DNA of 64,000 nt. It comes from Alphaproteobacteria bacterium. Lineage in GTDB: Bacteria > Pseudomonadota > Alphaproteobacteria > Bin95. Made by a program: the position numbers and the translations under genes. How positions within the stretch are numbered: position 1 is the stretch's first letter; the number at the start of each line of letters is the position of its first letter. Location: contig CBDBGH010000003.1 in the NCBI GenBank assembly GCA_965205265.1, forward strand, positions 2,752,001 through 2,816,000. The letters are read 5' to 3'. Below the pieces are notes generated by a model, which ran no database searches, was not told where the DNA came from, and was given only the letters and a program-made list of their open reading frames with translations. Shown one piece after another: positions 1 to 10,016 of the stretch.

Positions 1-1055
1 ACGGTGTCGGCGCCGTCGAGGATGCGTACCTCCTCCAGTGTCGCGACCACGGTGAGGGTGCGCCGCGTATGGGTATGCGGGACGCTATAGTCATTGAGGT
101 CGAACCTGGCGTAGGGGGTCTTGCCGATCCTGACCTCGACCCTCTCGTCGACGGGGGGCCGGTCGTCGGGCAGCGCCATCAGGGAGCCGCGCTCGCGCTC
201 GAAGGCCTCGCGCACGGTGAGGGAGCGGTCGTCCGGCCAGCGACGGTCGGCGGCGACGCCGTCGCACCAGGCGCGGGCCCGGGCGTTCAGGTCGTCGAGG
301 TCGCGCCAGGCGCGGGCGGCGAAGAAGTTGTCGCGCACATAGCGTATGGCGCGCTCCACGCGCCCCTTCTCGTTGCCGCGCGCGACCGCGACCGGCTTGG
401 GCAGGAAGCGGTAGCGGGCGGCGAAGTCGAGGAGCCGGGGGTTGAACCGGATGGCGTCGCCCTGGCGCTCCAGCACGACGCTCTTCAGGTTGTCGTACCA
501 TAGCTCGCGGGGCACGCCCTGCCAGGCCTCGAAGGCCTCGACATGGCCGCGCAGGAAGTTGTCCATCGCGGCATTGAGGTAGAAGTGCAGGAAGATGCGG
601 CGCGAGTAGCTCAGCACCATCACGAAGCCCATCAGCGGGCGCTCCGCGCGCCCGATCCTCACCTTGCCGAAGTGGGCCCAGTCCACCTGGGCCAGCTCGC
701 CGGGCAGGGTCTTGAGGCGCAGATAGGCCTCGGCCACAGGCCGCGGGCGCTCCGGCGCGATCATGCGCCGGAAGTGGCTCTGGCTGCCCCGGTAGCCGCG
801 CTCGACCGCCATCTGGTAGAGCCGGCTGGCTGGCAGCCTGGGCCAGACCGCCAGGGTCTGGCGGATGAAGGGCCGGAACGGATCGATCATCGAAGCCCTG
901 CGCCGCCTCTCACGCGCGGGCGCCCCGGCGGCCGCTACCGCGCGCTCGACCGTGCCGTGGTGGACGCCGAGCTGGCGCGCGATCGTGCCGATCCTCCACT
1001 TCTCGGCAAAATACAGCCGCTGGATCTCGGCACGGGTCTGCTTGTCGATCGCCAT
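1..1055 (-). CDS. istA: IS21-family transposase IstA (runs off window start)
   Basis: Manual translation from ATG 1055: [40 protein letters not shown] (HTH), ...[12 protein letters not shown]..., [24 protein letters not shown], typical of IstA rve domain. Confidence 0.9.
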   Translation of the reverse strand, partial: MAIDKQTRAEIQRLYFAEKWRIGTIARQLGVHHGTVERAVAAAGAPARERRRRASMIDPFRPFIRQTLAVWPRLPASRLYQMAVERGYRGSQSHFRRMIAPERPRPVAEAYLRLKTLPGELAQVDWAHFGKVRIGRAERPLMGFVMVLSYSRRIFLHFYLNAAMDNFLRGHVEAFEAWQGVPRELWYDNLKSVVLERQGDAIRFNPRLLDFAARYRFLPKPVAVARGNEKGRVERAIRYVRDNFFAARAWRDLDDLNARARAWCDGVAADRRWPDDRSLTVREAFERERGSLMALPDDRPPVDERVEVRIGKTPYARFDLNDYSVPHTHTRRTLTVVATLEEVRILDGADT

Positions 1056-1056
1056 C

Positions 1057-1491
1057 TCACTCCCTTCGCGCCTGGCGCAGGCCCGGATAGACCGCCAGGC
1101 CGCAGAACCGACCGCAGCGCTCGCAGCGGAACACCCGGGCGGGACGGTCGGGCCCGAAGGGCCGGGTTCCGGACCGCCCCGCCGGTATGCGCGCCACATC
1201 AGGACGCCGGCGCGCGACGGTCAAAGGGTGATGCGTCACTTTCTGCGCGATGGCCCGAACTGCCGGCTGCCGCACACGGCGCCGTTCGCGGTAGCGCCGC
1301 TGGCGCTCGGCATGCTTGTGACGGCCCCGGCGGCTGTTCTGGTAGCGCTGCCCCGCAAGGCGCACCGACCGACGCCGCGCCCGCCCGCTGCAACGCGGCG
1401 AACAGTAGATATGGCCAGAGTCGCAGCGCCGGCAGAGAACCACCTGGCGGCGGCACAGGGCGCAGGTGAACAGGCGGGCGGCGTTCCTCAT
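1057..1491 (-). CDS. Cys/Arg-rich small protein inside the IS21 element, upstream of istA
   Basis: [34 protein letters not shown]...[13 protein letters not shown]; three Cys pairs; stop codon lies next to the istA start. Confidence 0.7.
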   Translation of the reverse strand: MRNAARLFTCALCRRQVVLCRRCDSGHIYCSPRCSGRARRRSVRLAGQRYQNSRRGRHKHAERQRRYRERRRVRQPAVRAIAQKVTHHPLTVARRRPDVARIPAGRSGTRPFGPDRPARVFRCERCGRFCGLAVYPGLRQARRE

Positions 1492-1720
1492 CGCGACCGA
1501 TGAGAACGGGGTGGACCCACGCCCGGACGCGCACGATACTGCGCTTCCGGGCCGCGCCTTGCATGGCTCGGGGGGTGCGGCGCCGGTCGTTGCCACCAAG
1601 CCAACGGGGCCGGCGCCGCATCGTTCTCAGAAGCCCCAGTCTACCCCCTGCCGCAGCCCGGGAACGGCCAACCCGGTCGCCAGGACGTCGCCGCCCTCCG
1701 GGAGGCGAAAATCTCAACGC

Positions 1721-1777
1721 GACGGGGGCCGAGGACTCCGGTCGGGCTACGCCCTCCTTCCGTCCTCGGCCCCCGTC
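1721..1777. other. 16-bp perfect hairpin enclosing a conserved 25-nt core (IS21 leader motif copy 1)
   Basis: GACGGGGGCCGAGGAC-[TCCGGTCGGGCTACGCCCTCCTTCC]-GTCCTCGGCCCCCGTC; same core at 39529-39553. Confidence 0.85.
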
Positions 1778-1785
1778 ATAAACCC

Positions 1786-1873
1786 GGCCGCGCCTGTCTC
1801 ACGCTGTTTGTCGTGCGCACCACAAAAGCGCGCTACGCCAGCAAATATGCGCCCTTTATGATAATCACCGACA
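1786..1873. repeat. 88-bp direct repeat copy 1 (IS21 terminal segment)
   Basis: Identical to 5133-5220. Confidence 0.95.
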
Positions 1874-2261
1874 CCTGGTCGAGGCCTTCGGCGAATGGCT
1901 GACGCAGCAGCGCGTCCGCGTCTCGCCCAAGTCCCGGCTCGGCGAAAAGCTCGCCTATATCGCCCGTCATTGGGACGGCCTCCGGATCTTCCTCGACGAC
2001 GGCCGCGTCGAAATGGATAGCAATGCCGTCGAAAACAGCCTGCGGCCCGTGGTCCTTACACGGAAAAACGCCTTGTTCGCCGGTCACGACGACGGCGCCG
2101 CCGCCTGGGGACGCATAGCATCCCTCATCCAGACGGCGAAGTTGAACGAGGTCGAGCCACACGCCTGGCTCAAGGCCACACTCGAAGCCATCGCAGCCGG
2201 TCATCCCAATGACCGCCTCGATGAACTGCTTCCCTGGAACTTCAAGCCGTCGTCAAGCTGA
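1874..2261 (+). pseudogene. tnpC: IS66 transposase TnpC C-terminal fragment
   Basis: LVEAFGEWL...HWDGLRIFLDDGRVEMDSNAVENSLRPVVLTRKNALFAG...LIQTAKLNEVEP...LDELLPWN; 5' part replaced by the IS21 end. Confidence 0.9.
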
Positions 2262-2374
2262 AAGCCGGCTGCCTCGCCCGCACCGCATACAGTGCACCTG
2301 CAAAGCCGCGCATGTTGCGGTAGAGGCACCATGCGAGGCTGTGTTCGCGGTGGGCGTTTCGACATGTCGAAGCC

Positions 2375-2886
2375 GAGAGACAGGGGCCAAGACCAACATG
2401 GCCCGCACCCACGGCTGGGCCCCGCGCGGCAAACGTCTGCGCATGGCCGTCCCTCACGGACACTGGAACACAACCACCTTCGTCGCCGGGCTCACGCCGC
2501 GCGGCATGATTGCCCCCTTCGTGCTCTCCGGCGCCATCGACCGCGATGCCTTCGAGGCCTACGTCAAAGTGGTCCTCGTCCCCGAACTGAGGCCCGGCGA
2601 TATCGTCGTCATGGACAACCTCTCAAGCCACAAGGGACCCAGGGTCCGCAAGATGATCGAAGACGCCGGCGCGCAACTCCTCTTCCTGCCGCCCTATAGT
2701 CCTGACTTCAATCCCATCGAACTCGCCTTCGCAAAGCTCAAGGCAAGGCTACGAAAAGCTGCCGAGAGAACTGTCGACAGCCTCTGGAACACCATCGGAC
2801 AAATCTCCCAGACCTTCTCACCGCAAGAATGCAAAAACTACTTCAATGCCGCAGGATACTCCGCAACATGATCGGATTCCGCTCTA
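2375..2886 (+). mobile_element. IS630-family transposase C-terminal remnant with right end
   Basis: ETGAKTNM...VVMDNLSSHK...FLPPYSPDFNPIE; terminal ATCGGATTCCGCTCTA ends in TA. Confidence 0.85.
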
Positions 2887-3074
2887 ATTGACCAATATCG
2901 TCCCAAAACAGAAACTACGACCAGCACGCTTCCACATATGGACAACATTGCTCCAAATTGTGTTCCGTCGAATTCCGGTTGGAAAAAAAGAACGGACAGG
3001 AGAAAAAGCATGCCACAACAGCGCAAAGCTGTAATTCTATTTCTCTGACGCACATAAGAACTGTCTCGACCCAT
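2887..3074 (-). pseudogene. N-terminal fragment of an isoprenylcysteine carboxylmethyltransferase/PEMT-like membrane protein, truncated by IS630
   Basis: Two hydrophobic segments ending in LGRYWSI exactly at the IS630 TA junction. Confidence 0.5.
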
Positions 3075-3591
3075 ATCCTCGCTCCTGACATCTGGCAGGC
3101 TATCGTCTCACGATGCTCCGGAATTGCAACGACGTCAAAACCTGATCGTGTCCCGAAAGGAGCTAAGCGATTTCGGAAGATTGTAGTTCCGTTTAGTTTG
3201 CGGGGGAACGGAGCCGCTTACGGTCCTTCAGGAAACCGCTTGTCGAGAGTATCGGCGCAGCAGTTTGCGTTATACGTACGATTTGACCGAGGGGGAACAG
3301 GGCGCGGTGGCGGAGCCGTTCTCGCCGCCGCCACGGTGCAGGAGTTTGCCGGTCCTCCCCGGATCGATGTCCCGGTTCAAGACCGTGCGGAAGCAGGCCT
3401 TTCGTTCATCCGGCAACGGCTTTGCAATGGGAGAGCGAGTCCGTCGATCACGCGCGCAATATGTGCGGGGCGCGAGGGTGCCGGAGGGGCGTTGCAACCC
3501 GCCCCTCCGGCGGCCGGCCCGGACTGGAAGGAGGCACGGGGAGTGCCTGTTCTGTCCGGGCCGGCCATTCTGCGCCGCCGCTGCCCCTGTG

Positions 3592-4857
3592 TCAGAATTG
3601 CTTGACGAAAGAAAGTTCGGCGCGATTGCGGTCGTAGTCGAGGGCCTGGGCGTTGGTCTCGCGCTCCTCGCGGATGAGGGAGAGGCGGGGGCTGAAGCCC
3701 GCCAGGGTGAAGGCGCGGTTGTGGACCGAGACGGAGAGCGTCCGGGTCTCGTCCTCGCGCGGCTCGCGGTCGATCGTGTTGTGGGCGAAGCCCCGGCCCT
3801 GGTAATCGGTGCGCCGCAGGGAGGCGCGCAGGCCCACCGTGAAGCCGGCCGGCAGCGCCAGAGTGGCGCCCAGGCTCGCCTGCGGGCCGGCGCTGCGCCA
3901 GTGTTCGGAGTTGGCGCGGCTCCAGTTCCAGCCGGCATTGCCGCTGAGGCGCAGGATCGGCAGCGCGGCCCATACGGTCCCGAGCAGGACATCCCCTTCC
4001 GGGCCGTCGAGATGGTTGCAGTCGCGGCAGTTGCGCCGGGCGGCGTTCGCGCGCGCGAACAGGACGAGGCGCGGCGTCAGCCGGTGCTCGCCCTCCAGGC
4101 GCAGGCCGAAGCGGTCGGTCTCGGGCACGCCGGCGGTCCACTGCCGGTCCACCGTCGCCAGCAGGCTCGCTTCGGTGCGTGCGTCGATCAGCCGGCGCGG
4201 GCCGAGATGGGCGGCGAGGAAATGGCGGTCGAAGTCCCCGCCCTTGTATTGGCGGATGTTGGTGTTCGCCCCGGAGCGCAGCCGCCAGCGCGGCCCGAGC
4301 GGATACTGGTATTCGCCGCCGCCCCAGATCGAGACACCGAGGCCGGATTCGGGCTTCGCGGGGTCGTCGAGGGTGAAGGGCAGGCGGCCGAAGGGCGTGT
4401 CGAGGAAGACCGTGCGCTCGCCCGAGGCGGCGTTGAGGTTGCTGTCGGGCGCCAGCGCCGCGCCGAACTGCGCCTCCCAGCGCCGCCGCGCGCGCATGAC
4501 GCGCAGGAAGCGCTGGATGTTGGCGGCCACAGCGGGGGGCACGTCGCCCGCCAGCACCTGCTCGAAGTGGCGGCGCGCGAGCGTGTCCTCCTCCTTCAGG
4601 AAGAAGGCGCGGGCGAGTTCGAGCCGCACGCGCACGAGCTCCGGGCTATTCACCAGGATGGCGCGGAAGGCGGCGATGGCCTCGTCCAGCTTTTCGTCGC
4701 GGGCCTCGCGGTCCGCGATGGCATGGGCGGCATTGAGGGCGTCCATGCCGGCGCGGAACAGCGTCCCGGTCCGGTCCTGGCCGTAGGCGACGGTGGCCGC
4801 GGCGAGCACTAGCAGGCCGGCGACGAAGGCGAATACGAGCATGCGCATGGAAACCAC
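3592..4857 (-). CDS. Slam-family (type XI secretion) outer-membrane translocon, TPR + DUF560 barrel
   Basis: Signal peptide; FRAILVNSPELVRVRLELARAFF TPR; APDSNLNAAS; C-terminal aromatic strand ELSFVKQF; lies downstream of a TbpB-like fragment. Confidence 0.85.
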   Translation of the reverse strand: MVSMRMLVFAFVAGLLVLAAATVAYGQDRTGTLFRAGMDALNAAHAIADREARDEKLDEAIAAFRAILVNSPELVRVRLELARAFFLKEEDTLARRHFEQVLAGDVPPAVAANIQRFLRVMRARRRWEAQFGAALAPDSNLNAASGERTVFLDTPFGRLPFTLDDPAKPESGLGVSIWGGGEYQYPLGPRWRLRSGANTNIRQYKGGDFDRHFLAAHLGPRRLIDARTEASLLATVDRQWTAGVPETDRFGLRLEGEHRLTPRLVLFARANAARRNCRDCNHLDGPEGDVLLGTVWAALPILRLSGNAGWNWSRANSEHWRSAGPQASLGATLALPAGFTVGLRASLRRTDYQGRGFAHNTIDREPREDETRTLSVSVHNRAFTLAGFSPRLSLIREERETNAQALDYDRNRAELSFVKQF

Positions 4858-4970
4858 CAGCGGTGCGGGACAAGAAAACCCCCGGCCGCTCGGGGAGCAG
4901 CCGGGGGAAGGTCTTCAGGAAGGGGCTTTGACGCCCCCTCCTTTGTGTGGAGAAGCCCGGAGGCCGCTCC

Positions 4971-5132
4971 CTAGTCCTTCGTTGCGCCGAACGCGCCGGC
5001 CACCGAGCCGTTGCTGAAACCGGCGTTGAATTCGCCGACCACAGCAGCAGGCTGGGGAAAGATCCCGTCCGCACCCGCCGTCAAGTCGCCATAGAGAGTG
5101 GCGCTGAACGAGCCATCGCCATTGCCGCCCTT
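4971..5132 (-). pseudogene. C-terminal remnant of a TbpB-barrel lipoprotein (Slam substrate)
   Basis: GSFSATLYG...PAAVVGEFNAGFSNGSVAGAFGATKD*; same C-terminal pattern as the other lipoproteins in the window; cut at the IS21-end repeat. Confidence 0.7.
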
Positions 5133-5220
5133 GGCCGCGCCTGTCTCACGCTGTTTGTCGTGCGCACCACAAAAGCGCGCTACGCCAGCAAATATGCGCC
5201 CTTTATGATAATCACCGACA
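5133..5220. repeat. 88-bp direct repeat copy 2 (solitary IS21 terminal segment)
   Basis: Identical to 1786-1873; no transposase adjacent. Confidence 0.95.
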
Positions 5221-5288
5221 CTCCTTTCAGCCCGGGCCGGATCGGCCGGGCAAACCTTGGATTGTTCCTTTCGTGGCTGCCGCACGGA

Positions 5289-6392
5289 TCAGAAGCCGAC
5301 CGTGATGCCGGTGACGAAGCCGGCGCCCTCGATGCTGCTGCCGGCGTTGGCCGCAGGCATGCCTCTTTGCGCCCCAGGCACGCCGAAGTCGAACCGACCG
5401 GGCATCGCGCCGCGCTCCCTCTCGACCGCAAACAGCGAGCTCCTCCAGGCGACGCCCGGCGCCAGGCTGTAGCTCGCGGAGAGCATCGTGCCCGCCTGCT
5501 CGGTGCCGTCGTCGGCATCGGTCGCCGTGTGGCTGAGGCTGACCGCCATCGGGCCGTCCGAATACATTACGCCCGCGGCCACGATGTCGACGTCGGCCGA
5601 GGAGTTCGTATCCATGCCGTCATCCGCCGTCGCATAGGCGACATCGAAGCTGAACGCCCCCATGCCAACCTGAAGGCCGACATTCGTGTGATCGAAGTCG
5701 TCGGCACCGGTCTGGCTCATGTTGTAGTGGCCGAGCGAGAACGCGACATTGGCGCCGCCGAATTCGCCCTTGAAGTTGCCGCCGACCGCCCAGGCGTCAT
5801 TGTCGGTATCTCTGGGGGCTCCGCCTCTGCCTTCCTGCGCCTCGTTCGGGATATAGGTCGCGCCGAACTGCACGCCGTTCACGCGCGGCGAGAAGTAGGT
5901 GATGTTGTTCCTGTCGCCGAAGCCATGGCCGGCAGTGCCCAAGCCGATGGGGCCGCACTCGTTGACGTTGCCGCCGGTCCATCTGCCCATATCGCCGCAG
6001 AGCATGCCGAAACCGGCATCGCGCACGCCGTGATGGGTCAGCACCGAAGCGCCGTCCTCGGCGCCGAGTGTGATCGAGCCGAAGTCGCCGCGAACCGTGA
6101 GCTGCGACTCGTCGATACCGGGGTCGTTGCCTTCGAGTTCGACCTTGATGGAGACGGTCAGGCCGTTGTCCGCTTCCAGCTTGCCCCGGAAATGGACTTC
6201 GGTATCGGAGTGCTGGGCCACGCCGCCCTCGATATCCGCATTTGCGGAATCCTCGACGCTGGTCATGCCGACCCACTGTTGCATGTAGCCGCTGATACCG
6301 ACGGTCACCTTGTCCGCCGCCATAGCCGAGCCGGCAGCCATCACGCCCGCGAAGGCGAGCGCCGTCGTTCCCAAAAGGATGCGTTTCATCAT
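5289..6392 (-). CDS. Gram-negative porin (alphaproteobacterial type)
   Basis: MKRILLGTTAL signal; EVHFRGKLEADNGLTVSIKVELEG; ITYFSPRVNGVQFGATY; C-terminal Phe (GITVGF). Confidence 0.9.
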   Translation of the reverse strand: MMKRILLGTTALAFAGVMAAGSAMAADKVTVGISGYMQQWVGMTSVEDSANADIEGGVAQHSDTEVHFRGKLEADNGLTVSIKVELEGNDPGIDESQLTVRGDFGSITLGAEDGASVLTHHGVRDAGFGMLCGDMGRWTGGNVNECGPIGLGTAGHGFGDRNNITYFSPRVNGVQFGATYIPNEAQEGRGGAPRDTDNDAWAVGGNFKGEFGGANVAFSLGHYNMSQTGADDFDHTNVGLQVGMGAFSFDVAYATADDGMDTNSSADVDIVAAGVMYSDGPMAVSLSHTATDADDGTEQAGTMLSASYSLAPGVAWRSSLFAVERERGAMPGRFDFGVPGAQRGMPAANAGSSIEGAGFVTGITVGF

Positions 6393-6492
6393 CGTTGTCC
6401 CTGTTGCCAGTTACCGCTCCCTTGCGAGCAGCGCGACAATACTTTCCGAGGTTCACTCTATGCGCAATACACTTCAAGCAATTTATGGATTG

Positions 6493-6561
6493 TGTTGCAA
6501 TATCGCAACAGTGCCCCGCCTGTATGCACCCGCCTGTATGCAATGGCACCCTGCCTGTATG
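6493..6561. promoter_or_regulatory. Divergent-promoter motifs: palindrome TGTTGC-N6-GCAACA and three GCCTGTATG direct repeats
   Basis: Palindrome 6493-6510; GCCTGTATG at 6518, 6532 and 6553; lies between the porin and the LysR-like gene. Confidence 0.5.
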
Positions 6562-6602
6562 TTGATGCCGCGCCAACTAGAGGCAAGGGTATCGGGAGCG
6601 CC

Positions 6603-7007
6603 ATGCCGGACCTGAACATCAAGAACGTGCGGGCCTTCGTGGCCGTGGTGAGAGAGCGGAGCACGGCGAAGGCGGCGCATCGTTGCGGCATTTCGCGCGC
6701 GGGGATCGTCAGCCGACTGCAGGCGCTGGAAGGGGTGCTGGGCGTGAAGTTGCTGGAGCGGAACTTCCCTCCGAGCAAGGCGGAGACGGGCAGAACGCAA
6801 TTGACCGAGGAGGGGATGGCTCTCCTGCCGAGGGCCGTGGAACTCCTTCGAGCGCACGACGCGCTGTTCGACGCTCCGACGGGTCCCGATCCGCGCGAGA
6901 CGGATCGCATCCTGGCCGTCGGGCTGCTGGAGCTTGCGGTGACCGCGCTGCGGCAGGACCTGTCGGACGCCGACAGGATCCGGATTCACGAAATCCTGCT
7001 GGACTGA
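6603..7007 (+). CDS. Short LysR-type winged-HTH regulator (no effector-binding domain)
   Basis: LNIKNVRAFVAVVRERSTAKAAHRCGISRAGIVSRLQALEGVLGVKLLER...QLTEEG is a LysR HTH_1 pattern; 134 aa only. Confidence 0.75.
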   Translation: MPDLNIKNVRAFVAVVRERSTAKAAHRCGISRAGIVSRLQALEGVLGVKLLERNFPPSKAETGRTQLTEEGMALLPRAVELLRAHDALFDAPTGPDPRETDRILAVGLLELAVTALRQDLSDADRIRIHEILLD

Positions 7008-7835
7008 AGATCACTCATGATTCGGGCGTTCCGCAGCTGTCCATCGACAGCCGCGCAGTGCGGCTTTTCATCTTCGGCGCCTTGCGAAGCAGGCGAAGTT
7101 GAAATCGATTGCGATGGACCTTTCTTTATGGTCGGTGATCGCGCCCTGGCTTTCGAAAATGGCCGGCAGGAAGCGAGTTCAGGCGGGCGAGCCGACTCTT
7201 CGAAATGGAAGGAGCGTGCGCTTCCGTTGGTCGGCATGATTTACCACGCGTATGGCTGCTTGTCGGTCGGCGCCTGTATCTGGAGCCGGGAGTGAGGACA
7301 GCGCTTGCGCCATGTCTGCGCCGGAGCGCCTTCAGGCAGCGCTGACGGAGGCTGAGCCCCTGCATTCGGAATATACCAGTGATATGGAATGCGGGATCGG
7401 CCGCGCCTGGCCCGATGCTCCCTTCCGGCATGGCGGCTGGCCGCGTTGCGGCGAGGACGGGTGTATCAGCACCGGAGGCGGTAATGCAGATTGCCGAGCA
7501 GGCGGCGACGGCGGCGTTCGTGTTCGATGCCGTGTTGCTGGTCATGGCGAGCCGGGGTCTCAGGCAGGAGCGGGATGCGCTACTTGCTACACATTGCGGG
7601 AGTGAGTGCCGGATGGAGATCGCGGCCGGAGCCGGCCGCAGGGCGGCGGAGTGCGGCCTCACGCCCTGAGATTATGGCGGTCAGGCGCCCGGTTCCGTGA
7701 GACGGGTCAGCCCCAGCATTGCCGTTGCCGCAGCATCGCAGGTTGACAATGTCCGATCCGCCGTGTTTCGCTTTGAATAGAGAGGTGGACGCGTTGACTG
7801 CGTGCGAGTTCGGAGGGCGTCGTCGGACCATGGCG

Positions 7836-7867
7836 TTGACATTGTCGGCATTGTCCGCGCGTATAAT
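7836..7867 (+). promoter_or_regulatory. Sigma70-like boxes TTGACA / TATAAT (20-bp spacer)
   Basis: TTGACA 7836-7841, TATAAT 7862-7867; spacer is longer than canonical. Confidence 0.4.
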
Positions 7868-7868
7868 T

Positions 7869-8001
7869 GAGCGCCGAGCGCCGAGCGCCGAGCGCCGAGC
7901 GCCGAGCGCCGAGCGCCGAGCGCCGAGCGCCGAGCGCCGAGCGCCGAGCGCCGAGCGCCGAGCGCCGAGCGCCGAGCGCCGAGCGCCGAGCGCCGAGCGC
8001 C
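7869..8001 (+). repeat. Simple sequence repeat (GAGCGCC)x19
   Basis: 133 bp of perfect heptamer repeats directly after TATAAT. Confidence 0.98.
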
Positions 8002-9561
8002 GGATGTTGTCCGGAGCTATCTGGCTCCGCTGAGTTTCCGCCGCCCGCACAGGGCGGATTTGCTTCCACAACACTCTGTACCGCCGTCGGGCTACCGGCG
8101 TTGCGGGCGGTTTTGCGCGCCTGCCGCCAGCCTGGGACGTTGGATGCTTTGCGACCGGTCCCGTTGGTCTCGCAAAACCTCGACGCCGTTCCGCAATCGC
8201 CGATCGGGCAGATCGGCAATCCCCCGAATTGTCAACTCGGAAATGGAGACACGGTTATGAAATTCACAACGGTCCTGAGGACCTCGATGGTCCTTCCGCT
8301 CGTCGCCCTGCTGGCGCTTGCCGGCTGCGGGGGCGGAGGAGGCGGAGGCACCGCCATGAACACCGGCGGGCCCGAATCGCCCGGCACCGGCGGACAACCC
8401 GGAACGGGAACCGGAGGACAGCCGGGCACAGAGCCTCCGACGCTGCCGCCTGCCACGCCTCGGACGCCAACCCTAGCCGAACTGGTTCCGGATCCGGCGA
8501 ACATGTTCGGGACCTTCTCGAAGGGGCTCCGTCTCGATAGCAGCGCCGGTCGGTCGTCTGTGAGCAATCGATTCTCGATCTCCTCTGTCGCGAGCGATGG
8601 CGATAGCGGGTTCCATGTGACCTATGTCGTCGACGGCACGGAAGAGACCGTTCATTTCTCCAAGGCCGACTTCGGAACCCGGGACTCAACCTCCTATACC
8701 AAGGATGTCGGCGGTCGACAGTACTGGCTCTGGGGCTATAGCGGCGGCTACGACGGTGTGGGCTACGGCATCGGGTCCGAGTTTCTCTACTTCGATCTTT
8801 TCGGCTCTCATCATCCGTCAGGAGGACGTATTCACACCATTTACGGGGTCCCGACCGGATCGAGCGGCATGCCCACAGGAACGGCAGCCTACTCGGGGCG
8901 GATGTTTGCCGATCAATACGACAACACTGTCGGCTCCACCTCCAGCCGTGTTGCCCGCGGTCGGGTTCAGGGCAATCTGGTCCTGACGGCGGACTTTGCG
9001 GACGCGACCCTGTCAGGGCGCATTTTCCGTCTCCGCATTCAACCACCGGGTGAATCGTCATACGAAAACATGCCCTCCACGACCCGGTTCGACATAGCCG
9101 ATGGCGCGATTGCCGGCGACGGGTTCACGGCCACTCTGACGGGCGTGGACGACGATGCGAACGCTCCGTTGGAAGACAGTATGCGCGGATTCACAGGCGA
9201 CATATCGGGCCGGTTCTACGGACCGAACGCGCATGAGTTCGGCGCGGTCTTCACCGCAGCCCGCGCCACGGACGCTACGGACGACTCGGCAATCCTAGGA
9301 CATTTGGGCGGCAGGCGCACCGATGTCGTCGGCGAGCACATGGACAACGAACCGTTGCAGGCCGGCGTCAACCGCCTCGACTACAGCTCGGCATCGCCCC
9401 GCGTTGTGGCCCAGGACGCGAACAACCGGATTACATCGATCGAAGCGGACGATGCTGGCGGATACACGGTCTCCTATCTTGTCGACGGGACGCCGCAGAC
9501 CGTGTCGCTGGGCGTCGATGACCTCGGTAGTTCAACTACTTCGCGCGACGCCTATCGCAAG

Positions 9562-10016
9562 AGAACTGGGACCCTCTCGGCGTGGCTCAGGCGTCCGGGG
9601 TGGTTAGTGCACAGGGTGCCGCAAGGGCTCCACTACAATGTGAAGGACTGGTCGCTCGTCGTTTATCCTGACGGGACTTCGACTTCGCTGGACTCTGGTG
9701 TCTGGGCGTCCGTTGTGCATGGCACCCGGACCGCCTCCACGAGCATGCCGCAGACGGGAATGGCGACCTATGCTGGCAGAGCGTCGGCCTATGTCTTCGA
9801 ACCCAGCCCGGGAGAGGGGCGCGCCTCGTCCAACTATGCTGAAGGCTACAGCGGCTCGCTGACGTTGTCGGCGGACTTCGCGGCGGGCAGCGTCTCCGGC
9901 CGGATTTCCGACCTCGAGCATAGCCCGACATACTTCAACAGCGGCACCTACAGTGCGGCCGCTGGCGAGTTCACGATCTCCAACGGAGCCATCCAGGGGA
10001 ACGCCCTGTCCGGCAC
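9562..10016. repeat. 455-bp direct repeat copy 1 (IS1634 target duplication)
   Basis: Matches 11933-12387 (offset 2371); the antisense ORFs 9587-9931 and 11958-12302 translate identically. Confidence 0.95.

Larger units (their letters stand above)
1..1873 (-). mobile_element. IS21-family element (partial; terminus TGTCGGTGATTATCAT at 1873 on - strand)
   Basis: istA plus accessory ORF; TG-starting terminus at 1873, where IS66 coding sequence begins abruptly. Confidence 0.75.

Noticed and set aside
3265-4812. Long antisense ORFs (also 9604-11001, 29096-30991, 37946-39433, 49818-52028, 55520-59942)
   Set aside because: High-GC shadow frames opposite well-supported genes, with no motifs.
4947-6602. 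686-aa + strand ORF
   Set aside because: Mostly the antisense shadow of the porin; only 6603-7007 looks like a real gene.
7010-7830. Short ORFs between the LysR-like gene and the repeat tract (also 47200-47900, 48900-49700)
   Set aside because: No recognisable motifs or convincing RBS; cannot be supported.
7867-8256. SAERRAP-repeat N-terminal extension of the lipoprotein and overlapping repeat ORFs
   Set aside because: Artefact of the stop-free heptamer. The RBS, ATG 8257 and lipobox define the likely start.
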